From contig JABEVK010000066.1 of assembly GCA_013044245.1 (NCBI GenBank), forward strand, positions 1 through 56,881: a stretch of DNA of 56,881 nt, read 5' to 3'. Below are positions 9,342-19,218 of this stretch, piece after piece (position 1 is the first letter of the stretch; every line of letters begins with the position of its first letter). The stretch is from Spirochaetales bacterium. GTDB taxonomy: Bacteria > Spirochaetota > Spirochaetia > JABEVK01. The notes beneath the pieces were generated by a model. It did not search any database. It had not been told where the DNA came from and saw only the letters and a list, made by a program, of their open reading frames with translations. The translations under genes and the position numbers were made by a program.

Positions 9342-9761
9342 CTAGAGGAGCGTTGAGTTTTTGGCAAGCTGAAAGGGGTGCGGCAAGAGCTCACCCAAGG
9401 TGAATGATTTTTCAATTCCCTTGAGGTTAGCAAGATAGATCGGAAAGTCCGGCGGACAAAACTCAGCCAAAACGCCTAAGCAAAAGGCACACGGTGGTGA
9501 AGCCGGAGTGGTCTCCGTGACCACCACTAAATGCTCAAAATCACGATAACCCTGCGCAACGGCGGCAAAGACCGCCGTGCGCTCCGCACAAACCGTACCA
9601 CCATAACTGGCATTCTCGACATTGCACCCCGTCACGGTACCACCCGTGCGGAGCGTTAAAGCCGCTCCCACTGCGAATCGTGAATACGGCGAATACGAGT
9701 TTTTTCGCGCCGAACAGGCCAGGTCCCAAGATTTTTGGATGTCAACAAAGGCATTGTTCAT
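9342..9761 (-). CDS. cdd: cytidine deaminase (homotetrameric type)
   Basis: YSPYSRFAVGAAL, GCNVENASY, CAERTA, PCAFC, LLPHPF. Confidence 0.95.
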   Translation of the reverse strand: MNNAFVDIQKSWDLACSARKNSYSPYSRFAVGAALTLRTGGTVTGCNVENASYGGTVCAERTAVFAAVAQGYRDFEHLVVVTETTPASPPCAFCLGVLAEFCPPDFPIYLANLKGIEKSFTLGELLPHPFQLAKNSTLL

Positions 9762-10456
9762 GATTCTCCCCCTCGGGCTTGTTTGAACAGGTAGACAAAG
9801 AAATAACTGATGAGCAAAAAAACCGCCAAGCTGACAGAAAAGAGCCAAGCATCCGGGGTTGCAAGGTTATCTACCAACCTTGTCCAGGCATCGCCCGGAG
9901 TGAAGAGATTCCAACTATTCAGGCGAAGGAACCTTCCCATGAATACCCCATAGCCTGCTAACAACGTGGAAACGACGACTAAAACCCAGCCCCCCACCCG
10001 GCCGACAGCCTTTTTCCATTGGCGATGCATGATCCAAAGCGAAACCAAACCCAAAAAATGCCCCGAAAAAGCAAACAGCGAGCGGACGATGACATCGTAC
10101 CACAACAGCATATTTTCCATTCCCCGGGCGTTGGGATTTTCAGCCGGCAGGCCTTTTTGAATCAGGTGGATAAAGTCGGTAAAGAGGTAGGACGAGTTGG
10201 GAAAGAAGATTAACCACGCAAAGCTGAAAACCACCAACGCCGGCAGAGTCAACAGACGAGGGCCCTTGTGGGTGACCACAGCCGTCAACACCGCTACCAC
10301 CAAAGGGATCAGCGCTAAAATGAGGTTCCAAAACAAAAAAAGATGAATCATTCGCCCTGTGACTATCGAGCGAATCGCAAGCATCAAAAAACTACCAAGA
10401 AAACCCAAAAAAAAGAGAAGAAATGTTTTACCCAACCCCAAACCCGAGCGTGTCAT
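9758..10456 (-). CDS. DUF1361 family membrane protein
   Basis: FLFWNLILALIP, FFPNSSYLFTDFIHL, GRFLRLNSW. Confidence 0.85.
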   Translation of the reverse strand: MTRSGLGLGKTFLLFFLGFLGSFLMLAIRSIVTGRMIHLFLFWNLILALIPLVVAVLTAVVTHKGPRLLTLPALVVFSFAWLIFFPNSSYLFTDFIHLIQKGLPAENPNARGMENMLLWYDVIVRSLFAFSGHFLGLVSLWIMHRQWKKAVGRVGGWVLVVVSTLLAGYGVFMGRFLRLNSWNLFTPGDAWTRLVDNLATPDAWLFSVSLAVFLLISYFFVYLFKQARGGES

Positions 10457-10487
10457 CGCTCGAGTCTGAGGAAAAGCAGGAAAAAAA

Positions 10488-10937
10488 TCAAGATTTAGGA
10501 TTGGGCTGCGGAAGGGTTCCTTCTGAGGTGTCTCCCGCCATCGCTTTCCTCAACGCTTCAGCGGCTAACAGGCGAAAGTTGGCACTAGATTCCGTAGCAC
10601 CGGCCACCGAATCTACATGAGCGTTTTGCTGGTCAAGGAGTTCTTTCACCAACTGCTTCATATACTCTTTCGGCCCCACTCCCACCGCACTTTTCATCTG
10701 CGATTCATAACTGGGTTCTTCAGATTTCAAGGTTCCGTCCGCCGTATTAAGAGCATCAAACACCGCAGAATCAATACGCCCGCCAACCACGGTAATTTCG
10801 ACAAACTCTTTGTAGCCAAAGGCATCCGGTGCGTCAAAGGCGACCTTATAGGTCCCATCTTGCAGTTTTGATCCCACCGCGTGCAAGGGCGTCAATGTGA
10901 CTGCCAGCAGAAAAAAGACCATCCAACGGATCTTCAT
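10488..10937 (-). CDS. secreted FMN-binding domain protein (treponemal Tpp15-like)
   Basis: Signal peptide; LQDGTY; VDSVAGATESS flavinylation-type motif. Confidence 0.85.
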   Translation of the reverse strand: MKIRWMVFFLLAVTLTPLHAVGSKLQDGTYKVAFDAPDAFGYKEFVEITVVGGRIDSAVFDALNTADGTLKSEEPSYESQMKSAVGVGPKEYMKQLVKELLDQQNAHVDSVAGATESSANFRLLAAEALRKAMAGDTSEGTLPQPNPKS

Positions 10938-11047
10938 AAAGCCCCCTCTTCATAACCGATTTTATCCTTTATTCTAAGGGCGGGCCTTCCCCATTGTCAA
11001 ATGATTCTTTTTTGATCAACAATTCTTACGGGAGCTGATAAAATCCG

Positions 11048-12793
11048 ATGAAACCTTCGCTTTTAGCCCTATTAAACCGCATTCACGAGCACCGCCAAAG
11101 TGCCTCAAGCTTTTGGGGTGCGCCCTTGCGACCAGCTACCCCCGAAGAAATAGCGGCTTTAGCCGCACAAGCTAACCATATTGAAGGTCAGCTTTTTGTC
11201 ACTCAAGATTTTTCACCTCAAAATATTTACGGAAATCGCTTTTGTGGCCGCGTCGTTCTGGGTCGGTTTGACCGTGGCGGTGTTTGGTTTTCGACTCTTG
11301 AAGACAGCGAAATTGCCCCTGGTGCCAAAGTTGACCGCTGTCCACTCCTTCGCCGTACCTTGTGTGAAGGTCAAGTTGTCGCCTCGGCCGTGGATTGCCC
11401 CCGTCGGACACGGTTTGGTCTAGGACGACAGCTAAAAGCAGGGGTAGAGACAGGCGAACGATGGATCCCTGTCACCGAGGCGCTCACCTTAGAGCTTGCC
11501 CTTGCTCAAGCCAATTTCCTCCCCGCCTGGGCCGAAGCTCAACAGTATGGGGAACAAATCGAAGCCGATTTCAGTTACCTAGGCCCGCAAAGCTCGCTGT
11601 TTCAGGTAAACCTTGCCGAAGGGGTCCTTTTTGTTGGCCCCGTCGAAGCAAAAGGCTGTGCCCAACTCAAGGACTCGTGTTTCTATTCGGCCGATGAACG
11701 GCCTATCCTGTTGGGAGCAGGGGTCATCGCCGATACCTGTTTTTTTCAAGCCGGCACCGTTCTTGCTAGCCAGGCATTCGTCAAAAACAGTGTCTTTCTT
11801 GAAGCCTCCGGAGCTGAAGAGTTTGCCCGTGTCCACGAGAGTCTCATTGGGCCCAATACCAGCATTGCCGGCGGCGAAGTACACGCTTCTCTTTTAGGAC
11901 CTTTTATCGGCCTCCACCACCAAAGCCTACTGATTGCCGCCTGGTGGCCGGGCGGAAGAGGCAACGTTGGCTATGGGGCCAATGTAGGGTCAAATCACAC
12001 CTCGCGGTCTCCCGATCAAGAGGTTCGTCCCGGCGAGGGAATGTTTTTTGGACTCGATTGCGCCGTGAAGTTTCCTGCCGACTGGTCGCAGGCCCCCTAC
12101 ACGATTCTGGCAACCGGTGTCGTTACTGACCCTCAAAAATACACCTTTCCTTTTTCGCTAATTGTGGAAAATACCTTGCCCGGCACACCTCAAGGCTACA
12201 ACCGAGCTATCCCCGCTTGGGTGCTTCGCGAAAACATTTATATGCTTCTTCGCAACGAAAAGAAGTTTCTTCGCCGCAACAAAGCCCGAGCCTTGGCAAC
12301 TGACCTGAGGCTTTGGCGACCTGACCTTGTGGAGCGGTTGTGGATAAGTGGTGAAAGTCTTGAGAAAATAACGGGAAAATCTGTGTACACCCCTCTTGAG
12401 CTCCCCGGGCTCGGCCGCAACCTATTATCTGAGAAAGACCGCCTTTTGGCCCTGGATGCCTACAAAAAGTACAGTCTGTATGGGGCTTTGCGCCTCTACG
12501 TGGATAGTTTCTTAGGGTTGGGTTTGGTTGATCCCATCTGGGTAGAAGACTTTCTTGAACGCCTTTCGTGGGGTCATAGCACGAAAAAAGCCCGTTTTGA
12601 TGCCCTTTTGGCGCTTGAGGAGGAAATTTTGGCCAATGCTTTGCGTTCACGTCAAAAAGATGACCAAAAAGGCACCGAAGTCTTTTCGGATTATGCTCAA
12701 GTTCACGCGCCAGCCGATAAAGACCCTTTTATTGAAGAAAAACGACAGGATTTGCATTCTTTGCGTCAGAATTTGGCCCAGCTAGGCGTCTAG
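11048..12793 (+). CDS. DUF4954 family protein (GlmU-like left-handed beta-helix)
   Basis: GEVHASLLGPFIGLHHQSLLIAAWWPGGRGNVGYGANVGSNHTSR, GEGMFFGL, FPFSLI. Confidence 0.8.
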   Translation: MKPSLLALLNRIHEHRQSASSFWGAPLRPATPEEIAALAAQANHIEGQLFVTQDFSPQNIYGNRFCGRVVLGRFDRGGVWFSTLEDSEIAPGAKVDRCPLLRRTLCEGQVVASAVDCPRRTRFGLGRQLKAGVETGERWIPVTEALTLELALAQANFLPAWAEAQQYGEQIEADFSYLGPQSSLFQVNLAEGVLFVGPVEAKGCAQLKDSCFYSADERPILLGAGVIADTCFFQAGTVLASQAFVKNSVFLEASGAEEFARVHESLIGPNTSIAGGEVHASLLGPFIGLHHQSLLIAAWWPGGRGNVGYGANVGSNHTSRSPDQEVRPGEGMFFGLDCAVKFPADWSQAPYTILATGVVTDPQKYTFPFSLIVENTLPGTPQGYNRAIPAWVLRENIYMLLRNEKKFLRRNKARALATDLRLWRPDLVERLWISGESLEKITGKSVYTPLELPGLGRNLLSEKDRLLALDAYKKYSLYGALRLYVDSFLGLGLVDPIWVEDFLERLSWGHSTKKARFDALLALEEEILANALRSRQKDDQKGTEVFSDYAQVHAPADKDPFIEEKRQDLHSLRQNLAQLGV

Positions 12794-12841
12794 CTCCCCT
12801 TAACCCTTAAAAATTTGCAAGAAAATACCTAACAAATAGGT

Positions 12842-12882
12842 TGTGGATAACTTGGGGATAGACTCTGGACTTCTCGGGATAA
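12842..12882. promoter_or_regulatory. array of one perfect and three degenerate DnaA-box-like 9-mers upstream of fba
   Basis: TGTGGATAA 12842, TGGGGATAG 12853, TCTGGACTT 12864, TCGGGATAA 12874. Confidence 0.55.
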
Positions 12883-12966
12883 TTTTGACCTAATCCTCAC
12901 TCGGGCTTTCCCTTACCCTCGTTTTTTGCTATAAAGAAAGCAGTTATCCAAGCACAAGGAGCTACC

Positions 12967-13965
12967 ATGGTCAGTTATAAAGATCTGGGCCTGGTGAACA
13001 CCAAAGATTTGTTCGCCAAGGCTGTCAAAGGCGGTTACGCCATTCCCGCCTACAATTTCAACAATCTGGAGCAACTTCAGGCTATTATCCAAGCCTGTGT
13101 TGAAACCAAATCTCCCGTGATCCTCCAGGTCTCGTCCGGTGCCCGTAAGTACGCCAACGCTACTCTCCTCCGCAACCTGGCCAAAGGTGCCGTGGAATAT
13201 GCCAAAGAATTGGGCTATTCGATTCCTATCGTTCTTCACCTCGACCACGGCGACAGCCTTGACCTCTGCAAAAGCTGTATTGAAAGCGGCTTTTCTTCGG
13301 TCATGATCGATGGTTCACACTTGCCGTATGAAGAGAACATTAAGTTAACCAAGTCGGTGGTTGATTTAGCTCATAGCCAGAAAGATTATGTTTCGGTTGA
13401 AGGAGAACTGGGTGTTCTGGCCGGTATCGAAGACGATGTGGTCGCTGAACACTCGTCGTATACCAAGCCCGAAGAAGTCATTGACTTCGTAAAACGAACC
13501 GGTGTCGATTCTTTGGCAATTTCGATCGGTACCAGCCATGGCGCCACCAAATTCAAGCCCGAGCAGTGCACACGCACCGCTGACGGTATTCTGGTCCCTC
13601 CGGCTCTCCGCTTCGACATCCTTGAAGAAATTGAGAAGAAGCTCCCCGGCTTCCCCATCGTCCTTCACGGATCCTCTTCGGTTCCCGTCGAGTACGTTAA
13701 GCAGATCACCCAGTACGGCGGTAAGTTGAAAGACACCGTTGGTATTCCCGAAGAACAATTGCGCCGCGCGGCGAAATCGGCTGTTTGCAAAATTAACATC
13801 GACTCGGACGGACGCTTGGCCATGACCGCCGCTATCCGCAAAGTCTTTCAAGAAAACCCCAGTGAGTTTGACCCCCGAAAGTACCTGGGCCCAGCCCGCG
13901 ATGAACTGAAGAAGCTCTATATGCACAAGAACCGAGAGGTTCTCGGCTCGGCGGAACGCGCCTAA
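12967..13965 (+). CDS. fba: class II fructose-1,6-bisphosphate aldolase
   Basis: LHLDHG, SSVMIDGS, VEGELG, GTSHG, VLHGSS, KINIDSD, FDPRKYL; SD AAGGAG. Confidence 0.97.
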   Translation: MVSYKDLGLVNTKDLFAKAVKGGYAIPAYNFNNLEQLQAIIQACVETKSPVILQVSSGARKYANATLLRNLAKGAVEYAKELGYSIPIVLHLDHGDSLDLCKSCIESGFSSVMIDGSHLPYEENIKLTKSVVDLAHSQKDYVSVEGELGVLAGIEDDVVAEHSSYTKPEEVIDFVKRTGVDSLAISIGTSHGATKFKPEQCTRTADGILVPPALRFDILEEIEKKLPGFPIVLHGSSSVPVEYVKQITQYGGKLKDTVGIPEEQLRRAAKSAVCKINIDSDGRLAMTAAIRKVFQENPSEFDPRKYLGPARDELKKLYMHKNREVLGSAERA

Positions 13966-13969
13966 CAAC

Positions 13970-13999
13970 AAAAAAGCCGGCGTTAAGCCGGCTTTTTTT
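13970..13999. terminator. bidirectional intrinsic terminator
   Basis: AAAAAAGCCGGC-GTTAA-GCCGGCTTTTTT between convergent genes. Confidence 0.9.
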
Positions 14000-14970
14000 T
14001 ATACTTGTCCGGTGTTCGACCCCGTTGGGTCACGCTCTGGTCTAACAGCTTGGGAGGCAAGCCGGGTGACGCTATCTAAATTGGTAAGATCAAGCGGTAA
14101 GATGACCTTGTTCGTCTTGCCCTGAAGGTTGGCCAGCTGAGCGACAAACTTTTCAATCATCTGCATTTCAACCGCCATATCACCTCCGGGCAAACTCATG
14201 GCCCGCGCTATCTTTTCAAGACCTTCGGCGGTAGCCTTTGAAACGGCTAAAATTTCTGAGGCACGACCTTCCGCCTCGTTGATCTGCTTTTGTTTTTCAC
14301 CTTCAGATTTATTGATCGCCTCTTCCATGATCCCGACGGACTGATTGATCCGTGCGTTCATTTCACCAATCGACTTGGCAATTTTCGCCCGTTTATCTCG
14401 TTCTGCGTTAACCTGAAGTTCCATGGTCTTGATGATGCTGTGCGGGACGGTAATATTCTGAATCTCGTATCGCGTCACCCTAACACCCCAGGTCTCAAGA
14501 GCATCATCAAGATTTTTGACTAAGGTGGCATTGATCGAATCTCGTTCCTCGAAGGTGCGGTCCAGTTCCAAACGGCCAATCACTGACCGCATCATGGTCT
14601 GCGCCAACTGTATCGTGGCAAACTTGAAATCCGAAATCCCGTAACTGGCCTTTTTGGGATCCACAACCATCAAATACAAGACGCCGCCAATCTCAACCCG
14701 GACGTTGTCTTCGGTAAAGCAAGGTTGGGGAGGAACTTCTAACGCTATTTCCTTTAACGAATGGGTATAGCGGACTCGGTCCATGAGCGGCACTAAAATA
14801 TGTAGCCCCCCCTCCAACAGTCGAGAAAACTTGCCCAATCGCTCGACAACTAAGACTGACTTGGAGGGAACAATGCGGATACTTCGGAGCATGGAGACAA
14901 AAAAAACGGCCGCGGCGGCACCTAAAATCAACAAAAGGGGAAAAAACGGGTTCAGAAAAAAATTACTCAT
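13999..14970 (-). CDS. SPFH/band 7 (paraslipin/QmcA-like) protein
   Basis: VVERLGKF, TEDNV, QLAQTMMRSVIG, WGVRVTRYEI, INEAEGRA. Confidence 0.92.
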   Translation of the reverse strand: MSNFFLNPFFPLLLILGAAAAVFFVSMLRSIRIVPSKSVLVVERLGKFSRLLEGGLHILVPLMDRVRYTHSLKEIALEVPPQPCFTEDNVRVEIGGVLYLMVVDPKKASYGISDFKFATIQLAQTMMRSVIGRLELDRTFEERDSINATLVKNLDDALETWGVRVTRYEIQNITVPHSIIKTMELQVNAERDKRAKIAKSIGEMNARINQSVGIMEEAINKSEGEKQKQINEAEGRASEILAVSKATAEGLEKIARAMSLPGGDMAVEMQMIEKFVAQLANLQGKTNKVILPLDLTNLDSVTRLASQAVRPERDPTGSNTGQV

Positions 14971-15890
14971 GCTTTGCCTCCTTGCCCGAAGCCCAATGAG
15001 GGCAAGACAGCAGAAAGAGAACTTTTGACCTGTGCCAATTCGAGCGGAAGAACTTGAACTTCAGAGGAGCCGAGAAGTCGCCCTAGCTGAGGAAAATATT
15101 GATCGGCTACCTGAAGGTTCATAGCCTTTCGTCCATTGGTTTTACTCAGGGCCTCGGCGACCATCCTGAGGCCTTCGGCCGTTGCGGTTGTTACCGTCTC
15201 AATCGAAATTGCTCGACCCTCGGCCTCGTTGATACGCTTTTGACGTTCTCCACGCGATAGGTTGATCGCTTCTTCGCGTTCCCCCTTCGACACGTTGATG
15301 CGGGCTTCTTTTTCACCTTCGGACTCGAGAATCTCGGCTCTTTTGGCCCGTTCTGCCACAACTTGCTTTTCCATCGCGTCAATCACGGACTTGGCTGGCT
15401 CTATGTCACGAATCTCGTACCGGGTGACTTTAACACCCCAAGGTTCACTGGCCGTGTCGATACTTTTGACGACGGATGCGTTGATTTTGTCGCGCTCACA
15501 AAAAGTCTTATCGAGGGCGATTTTACCGATTTCACTTCGCATCGTGGTCTGAGCCAGCTGTGTCGTTGCCCAACCATAGTTTTCAATCCCATAACTCGCC
15601 TGAACGGGATCTATCACCCGCAGGTACAAAACACCGTCAACTTCGACTTGGACGTTATCTTGGGTAATACAGACCTGAGGTTTTACCGTCAAAACCTGCT
15701 CTTTCAAGGTATGTTTGTAAGCGATTTTTTGGACGAACGGTACCACAAAATGCAGACCGGGCTCCAGTGCCTTTTTAAACTTTCCTAGCTCCTCGAGAAC
15801 CCAGGACTGCTGGGTCGGCACCACCCGGACCAATTGAAAGAAAACCCAGATGACCAAAGCCACCAAGGCGTAAATGAACCATGTCAGCAT
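14967..15890 (-). CDS. SPFH/band 7 (paraslipin/QmcA-like) protein
   Basis: CITQDNVQVEVDG, QLAQTTMRSEIG, WGVKVTRYEI, AERAKRA; paralog of the adjacent gene. Confidence 0.92.
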   Translation of the reverse strand: MLTWFIYALVALVIWVFFQLVRVVPTQQSWVLEELGKFKKALEPGLHFVVPFVQKIAYKHTLKEQVLTVKPQVCITQDNVQVEVDGVLYLRVIDPVQASYGIENYGWATTQLAQTTMRSEIGKIALDKTFCERDKINASVVKSIDTASEPWGVKVTRYEIRDIEPAKSVIDAMEKQVVAERAKRAEILESEGEKEARINVSKGEREEAINLSRGERQKRINEAEGRAISIETVTTATAEGLRMVAEALSKTNGRKAMNLQVADQYFPQLGRLLGSSEVQVLPLELAQVKSSLSAVLPSLGFGQGGKA

Positions 15891-15931
15891 GGTTTACACT
15901 CCTTTTTTAAAGCATTTTTATTCCTCTGGCT

Positions 15932-16396
15932 TTATTTCTCTAGGGCTTTAAAGGCTTCTTCGATACGGTCGTGTTCGCTCAAGGCCACAAAAAGGGTTAA
16001 TCCGTCTCGGCCTAAGACTATTACCTCTTTCCCTACGGGTATCGCTTCTTCGGACCGAGCCGCCCAGGTCGTCCCTTCAAAGTGCACCCGTCCCGCCTGA
16101 ACCCCATCGAGGGCTTCCACGACTTGGGCCGTTTTACCGACGACTTCCTTGTCACGTGCCCCGCCCCCAGTGTTCACCAAGCCGCCAAAAAAGTGCCGAA
16201 ACAAAACGATCCCTGCCCCCGAGACTACGAGCCACACGGCAAACTGCAAGGGCAAAGCAGTATTGAAAAAAGGGAGCAAGTTCAGAACAGCAAGCACCAA
16301 AGCCGCTAAACCAGGAATGAGAAAATCGATCAGAGAGGAAAAAAGGGCGGCCGAAACCAACCCAAGGCCCAAAAGGCCCCAAAGCCAAAGGAACAT
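15932..16396 (-). CDS. NfeD family protein (short form)
   Basis: Hydrophobic N-terminus, VGKTAQV, GRVHFEGTTWAA; upstream of the SPFH genes. Confidence 0.88.
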   Translation of the reverse strand: MFLWLWGLLGLGLVSAALFSSLIDFLIPGLAALVLAVLNLLPFFNTALPLQFAVWLVVSGAGIVLFRHFFGGLVNTGGGARDKEVVGKTAQVVEALDGVQAGRVHFEGTTWAARSEEAIPVGKEVIVLGRDGLTLFVALSEHDRIEEAFKALEK

Positions 16397-16427
16397 ACCT
16401 TAATTGTAAGGCAGGTTCGCTATAGTC

Positions 16428-17705
16428 TCAAGGGCGAACGCGTTTTCGGTCACGTGGGAAGGGGCTGGCTTCTTTAACGTTGAGCAGACCTAAAATCCGT
16501 GCCGTTAAGCGTTCGACACCAATGGCGAAGCCACCATGGGGAGGACAACCGTATTGATATATCGAAGCATAGTCAGACATCCCTTCGCGGGTCAGGCCAA
16601 ATTTCGGGAGTGCATCCAAAAACATAGCCAAGTCGTTGAGGCGACGCCCCCCTGAGGTGATTTCTAGGCCCCGAAAGATTAAGTCGAAACTCAGGGTTTT
16701 GAGACCATCGGCGCTAGGAAAGGTATAGAAAGGCCGCTTTTTGCGAGGCCATCCGTTGATGAAAACCGCATCGACCCCAAATTCTCGTTGTGCCCAATCA
16801 CAAAGAGCACGTTCACCTTCGGGCGCAATTTCAAACACTTTCTTGCCCGTTTCTTTCGTAATGATCTCTTTGGCTTCTTCGTGATCAACTACTGGAGCCT
16901 TCGCCATAGCACCTGCTACGGGAACACTGGCACCCCACAAGGCCAATTCGGCTTGGTTATGCGCCGCCACTTGGGTAAACACATAATCGAGAAGACCGCG
17001 TTCAAAGTTCATAAGATCCACTTCAGATTCAATAAATGCCATTTCCACGTCAAACGAGACATACTCGTTCAAGTGGCGCGGGGTGTCATGCTTTTCGGCC
17101 CGGTAGGCATGGGAAATCTCGAACACCCGTTCCAACCCCGACGACACCATGACTTCTTTGTAAAACTGCGGCGACTGCGCCAAATAGACCTTGTTTTCAA
17201 AATATTCTACCGCGAACAAGTTCGTTCCGCCTTCAGTTCCGGTACTGATCAGCTTCGAAGTCTTGATTTCAAAGAAATCCTGCTGGTGCATGTATTCTGA
17301 AAGGTAGCGCAACAACGAGGACTGCAGTTCAAAGATGGCGCGAATCTTGGGCAAGCGCAGAGCGACTACCCTGTTGTCTAACAGGGCTTCGAGCGGATAT
17401 TTGTCGGCTTCTTGATAAATGGCCAACGGGATTTCGGGGTCGGCTACCGAAAGGACCTCGACAGACGACGGTTCAATTTCAGCTCCTCCGGGAGCTTTGT
17501 CGTTAGCCGCCACACGACCACGAACTTTCAAAACAGATTCATGGGTAAACTCGGGCTTTTCATGAAATACCAGTTGAACGTAGCCTGAGCGGTCACGCAG
17601 GATCACAAAGTTCACCTGACCTAGTTCTCGAATTCGATGAACCCAGCCGAATACTTCTACTTCGGTGTTTAAATACTTCGCGACGTCTTGAGCTAATACA
17701 CGCAA
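16428..17705 (-). CDS. aspS: aspartate--tRNA(Asp/Asn) ligase, archaeal/non-discriminating type
   Basis: GWVHRIR, LRDRSG, TEGGTNLF, LAQSPQFYK, YRAEKH, PPHGGFAIGVERL; about 425 aa with no GAD insert; follows gatCAB. Start TTG 17705 or 17726. Confidence 0.9.
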   Translation of the reverse strand: MRVLAQDVAKYLNTEVEVFGWVHRIRELGQVNFVILRDRSGYVQLVFHEKPEFTHESVLKVRGRVAANDKAPGGAEIEPSSVEVLSVADPEIPLAIYQEADKYPLEALLDNRVVALRLPKIRAIFELQSSLLRYLSEYMHQQDFFEIKTSKLISTGTEGGTNLFAVEYFENKVYLAQSPQFYKEVMVSSGLERVFEISHAYRAEKHDTPRHLNEYVSFDVEMAFIESEVDLMNFERGLLDYVFTQVAAHNQAELALWGASVPVAGAMAKAPVVDHEEAKEIITKETGKKVFEIAPEGERALCDWAQREFGVDAVFINGWPRKKRPFYTFPSADGLKTLSFDLIFRGLEITSGGRRLNDLAMFLDALPKFGLTREGMSDYASIYQYGCPPHGGFAIGVERLTARILGLLNVKEASPFPRDRKRVRP

Positions 17706-17799
17706 CGCTGTTCCCCCGCCTGACAATATCGCTTTGTTGTACCGACTTCAGGTTAAAAAGGCAAGGGGAACGAGGTTTAACCAGGAGCAACCAGCGCGG

Positions 17800-19218
17800 C
17801 TAACCGAGCGCTTTTGCCAACAATTGATTGACCAAAGCGGGCGCGGCACGGCCTCCGGTAGCCTGCATCACCTGCCCGACCAAAAAGCCTTTTTGGCGTT
17901 GATCACCAGCACGAATGGCCTCGACCACACCGGAATGCTCGGTAAACACCTTCTCCAGAATGGGTTGAAGCTGACTTTCGGTGGTGATGGCCTCCCAGCC
18001 TTTTTCTTTGACAAGAGTTTCAGGGTCTTTATTTTCTTCAAACACCGCAATCAATAATTGTTTGGCAATCTTAATATGGATACGGCCCGATTCCAAAAGA
18101 GTCACCAGCTGAGCCAGTCGGGCACTCGACAAGGGACTGGCTTCGAGGGTGAGATCAAAATGTTTAAGCTCTTTCTGGACGTCGCCCATCAACCAGTTGG
18201 CCACTGAAGCGCCTTGACCGCTGGCTTTTGCTGTTGTTTCAAAGTAATCGGCCAGCGTCTTCGATTCACTGACAAAGTCTGCCTGCTCGGCGCTTAGCCC
18301 CCACGTCGTTTTCAGACGTTCACGGCGGGCCAGCGGTAGTTCAACCTGCAAGCTGTCGACGAGCCGAAGAAAGTCAGCGGATGGCACAAAGGGCGGTAAA
18401 TCAGGCTCGGGGAAGTATCGATAATCGTGACTAGACTCTTTACTGCGCATGGACTCGGTCACATCCCGGTTCTCGTTCCACAGTCGGGTTTCTTGAACAA
18501 TTCGTGTACCGGCCTCAAACTGGGCACTTTGCCGTTTGAACTCAAACTCAAGGGCTTTGCGGACAAAACGACTCGAGTTAAGGTTTTTGACCTCAACCTT
18601 AGTCCCCAAACCGCCCCCCGTCTTGTTGATCGAGATATTGGCGTCACAACGGAGCGAACCTTCTTCCATGTTCCCATCCGAGACATGAAGGTAGCGAACC
18701 AAACGCTGAAAGTACTGAAGAAACTTTTCGGCCTCTTCGCCGCCCGAAAGATCCGGTTCGGTGACGATTTCAAGAAGGGGGTAGCCGGTTCGGTTGTAAT
18801 CGCACAAGCTCATGTCGCCTGCATGTATCATCTTGCCGGCGTCCTCTTCGAGGTGGACGTCGTGAATGCGGATTCTCTTGGTCACCCCTTCAGCGAGCGG
18901 GACATCGATAAATCCGTTTTCGCCGACAGGGTCGCTAAATTGGCTGATCTGGTAGTTTTTTGGAAGGTCGGGGTAGAAGTAGTTTTTACGCTCAAAGAGG
19001 GTGCGTGGCGAAAGCCGACAGTTAAGCGACTGGGCCACCACGTAGGCGAGCTTGATGGCCTCTTCGTTCAACACGGGCAAAACCCCGGGGTAACCCAGAC
19101 AGACTGGACAAACATTGGTGTTAGGTTCGTCCCCGTAATGCGCCTTACACGAGCAGAAAACCTTGCTCTTGGTTAATAGGTGGATGTGGATTTCCAAACC
19201 GACAAAGGTGTCGTACAT
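17800..19218 (-). CDS. gatB: Asp-tRNA(Asn)/Glu-tRNA(Gln) amidotransferase subunit B
   Basis: GLEIH, RKNYFYPDLPKNYQISQ, HLEEDAGK, LRCDANIS, YRYFPEPDLPP. Confidence 0.97.
   Translation of the reverse strand: MYDTFVGLEIHIHLLTKSKVFCSCKAHYGDEPNTNVCPVCLGYPGVLPVLNEEAIKLAYVVAQSLNCRLSPRTLFERKNYFYPDLPKNYQISQFSDPVGENGFIDVPLAEGVTKRIRIHDVHLEEDAGKMIHAGDMSLCDYNRTGYPLLEIVTEPDLSGGEEAEKFLQYFQRLVRYLHVSDGNMEEGSLRCDANISINKTGGGLGTKVEVKNLNSSRFVRKALEFEFKRQSAQFEAGTRIVQETRLWNENRDVTESMRSKESSHDYRYFPEPDLPPFVPSADFLRLVDSLQVELPLARRERLKTTWGLSAEQADFVSESKTLADYFETTAKASGQGASVANWLMGDVQKELKHFDLTLEASPLSSARLAQLVTLLESGRIHIKIAKQLLIAVFEENKDPETLVKEKGWEAITTESQLQPILEKVFTEHSGVVEAIRAGDQRQKGFLVGQVMQATGGRAAPALVNQLLAKALG

Noticed and set aside
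13366-13971. 201-aa ORF antisense to fba
   Set aside because: Shadow of a strongly codon-biased gene; no recognisable motifs or SD.
18427-19176. 249-aa ORF antisense to gatB
   Set aside because: Fully overlaps a conserved gene on the other strand; no family features.
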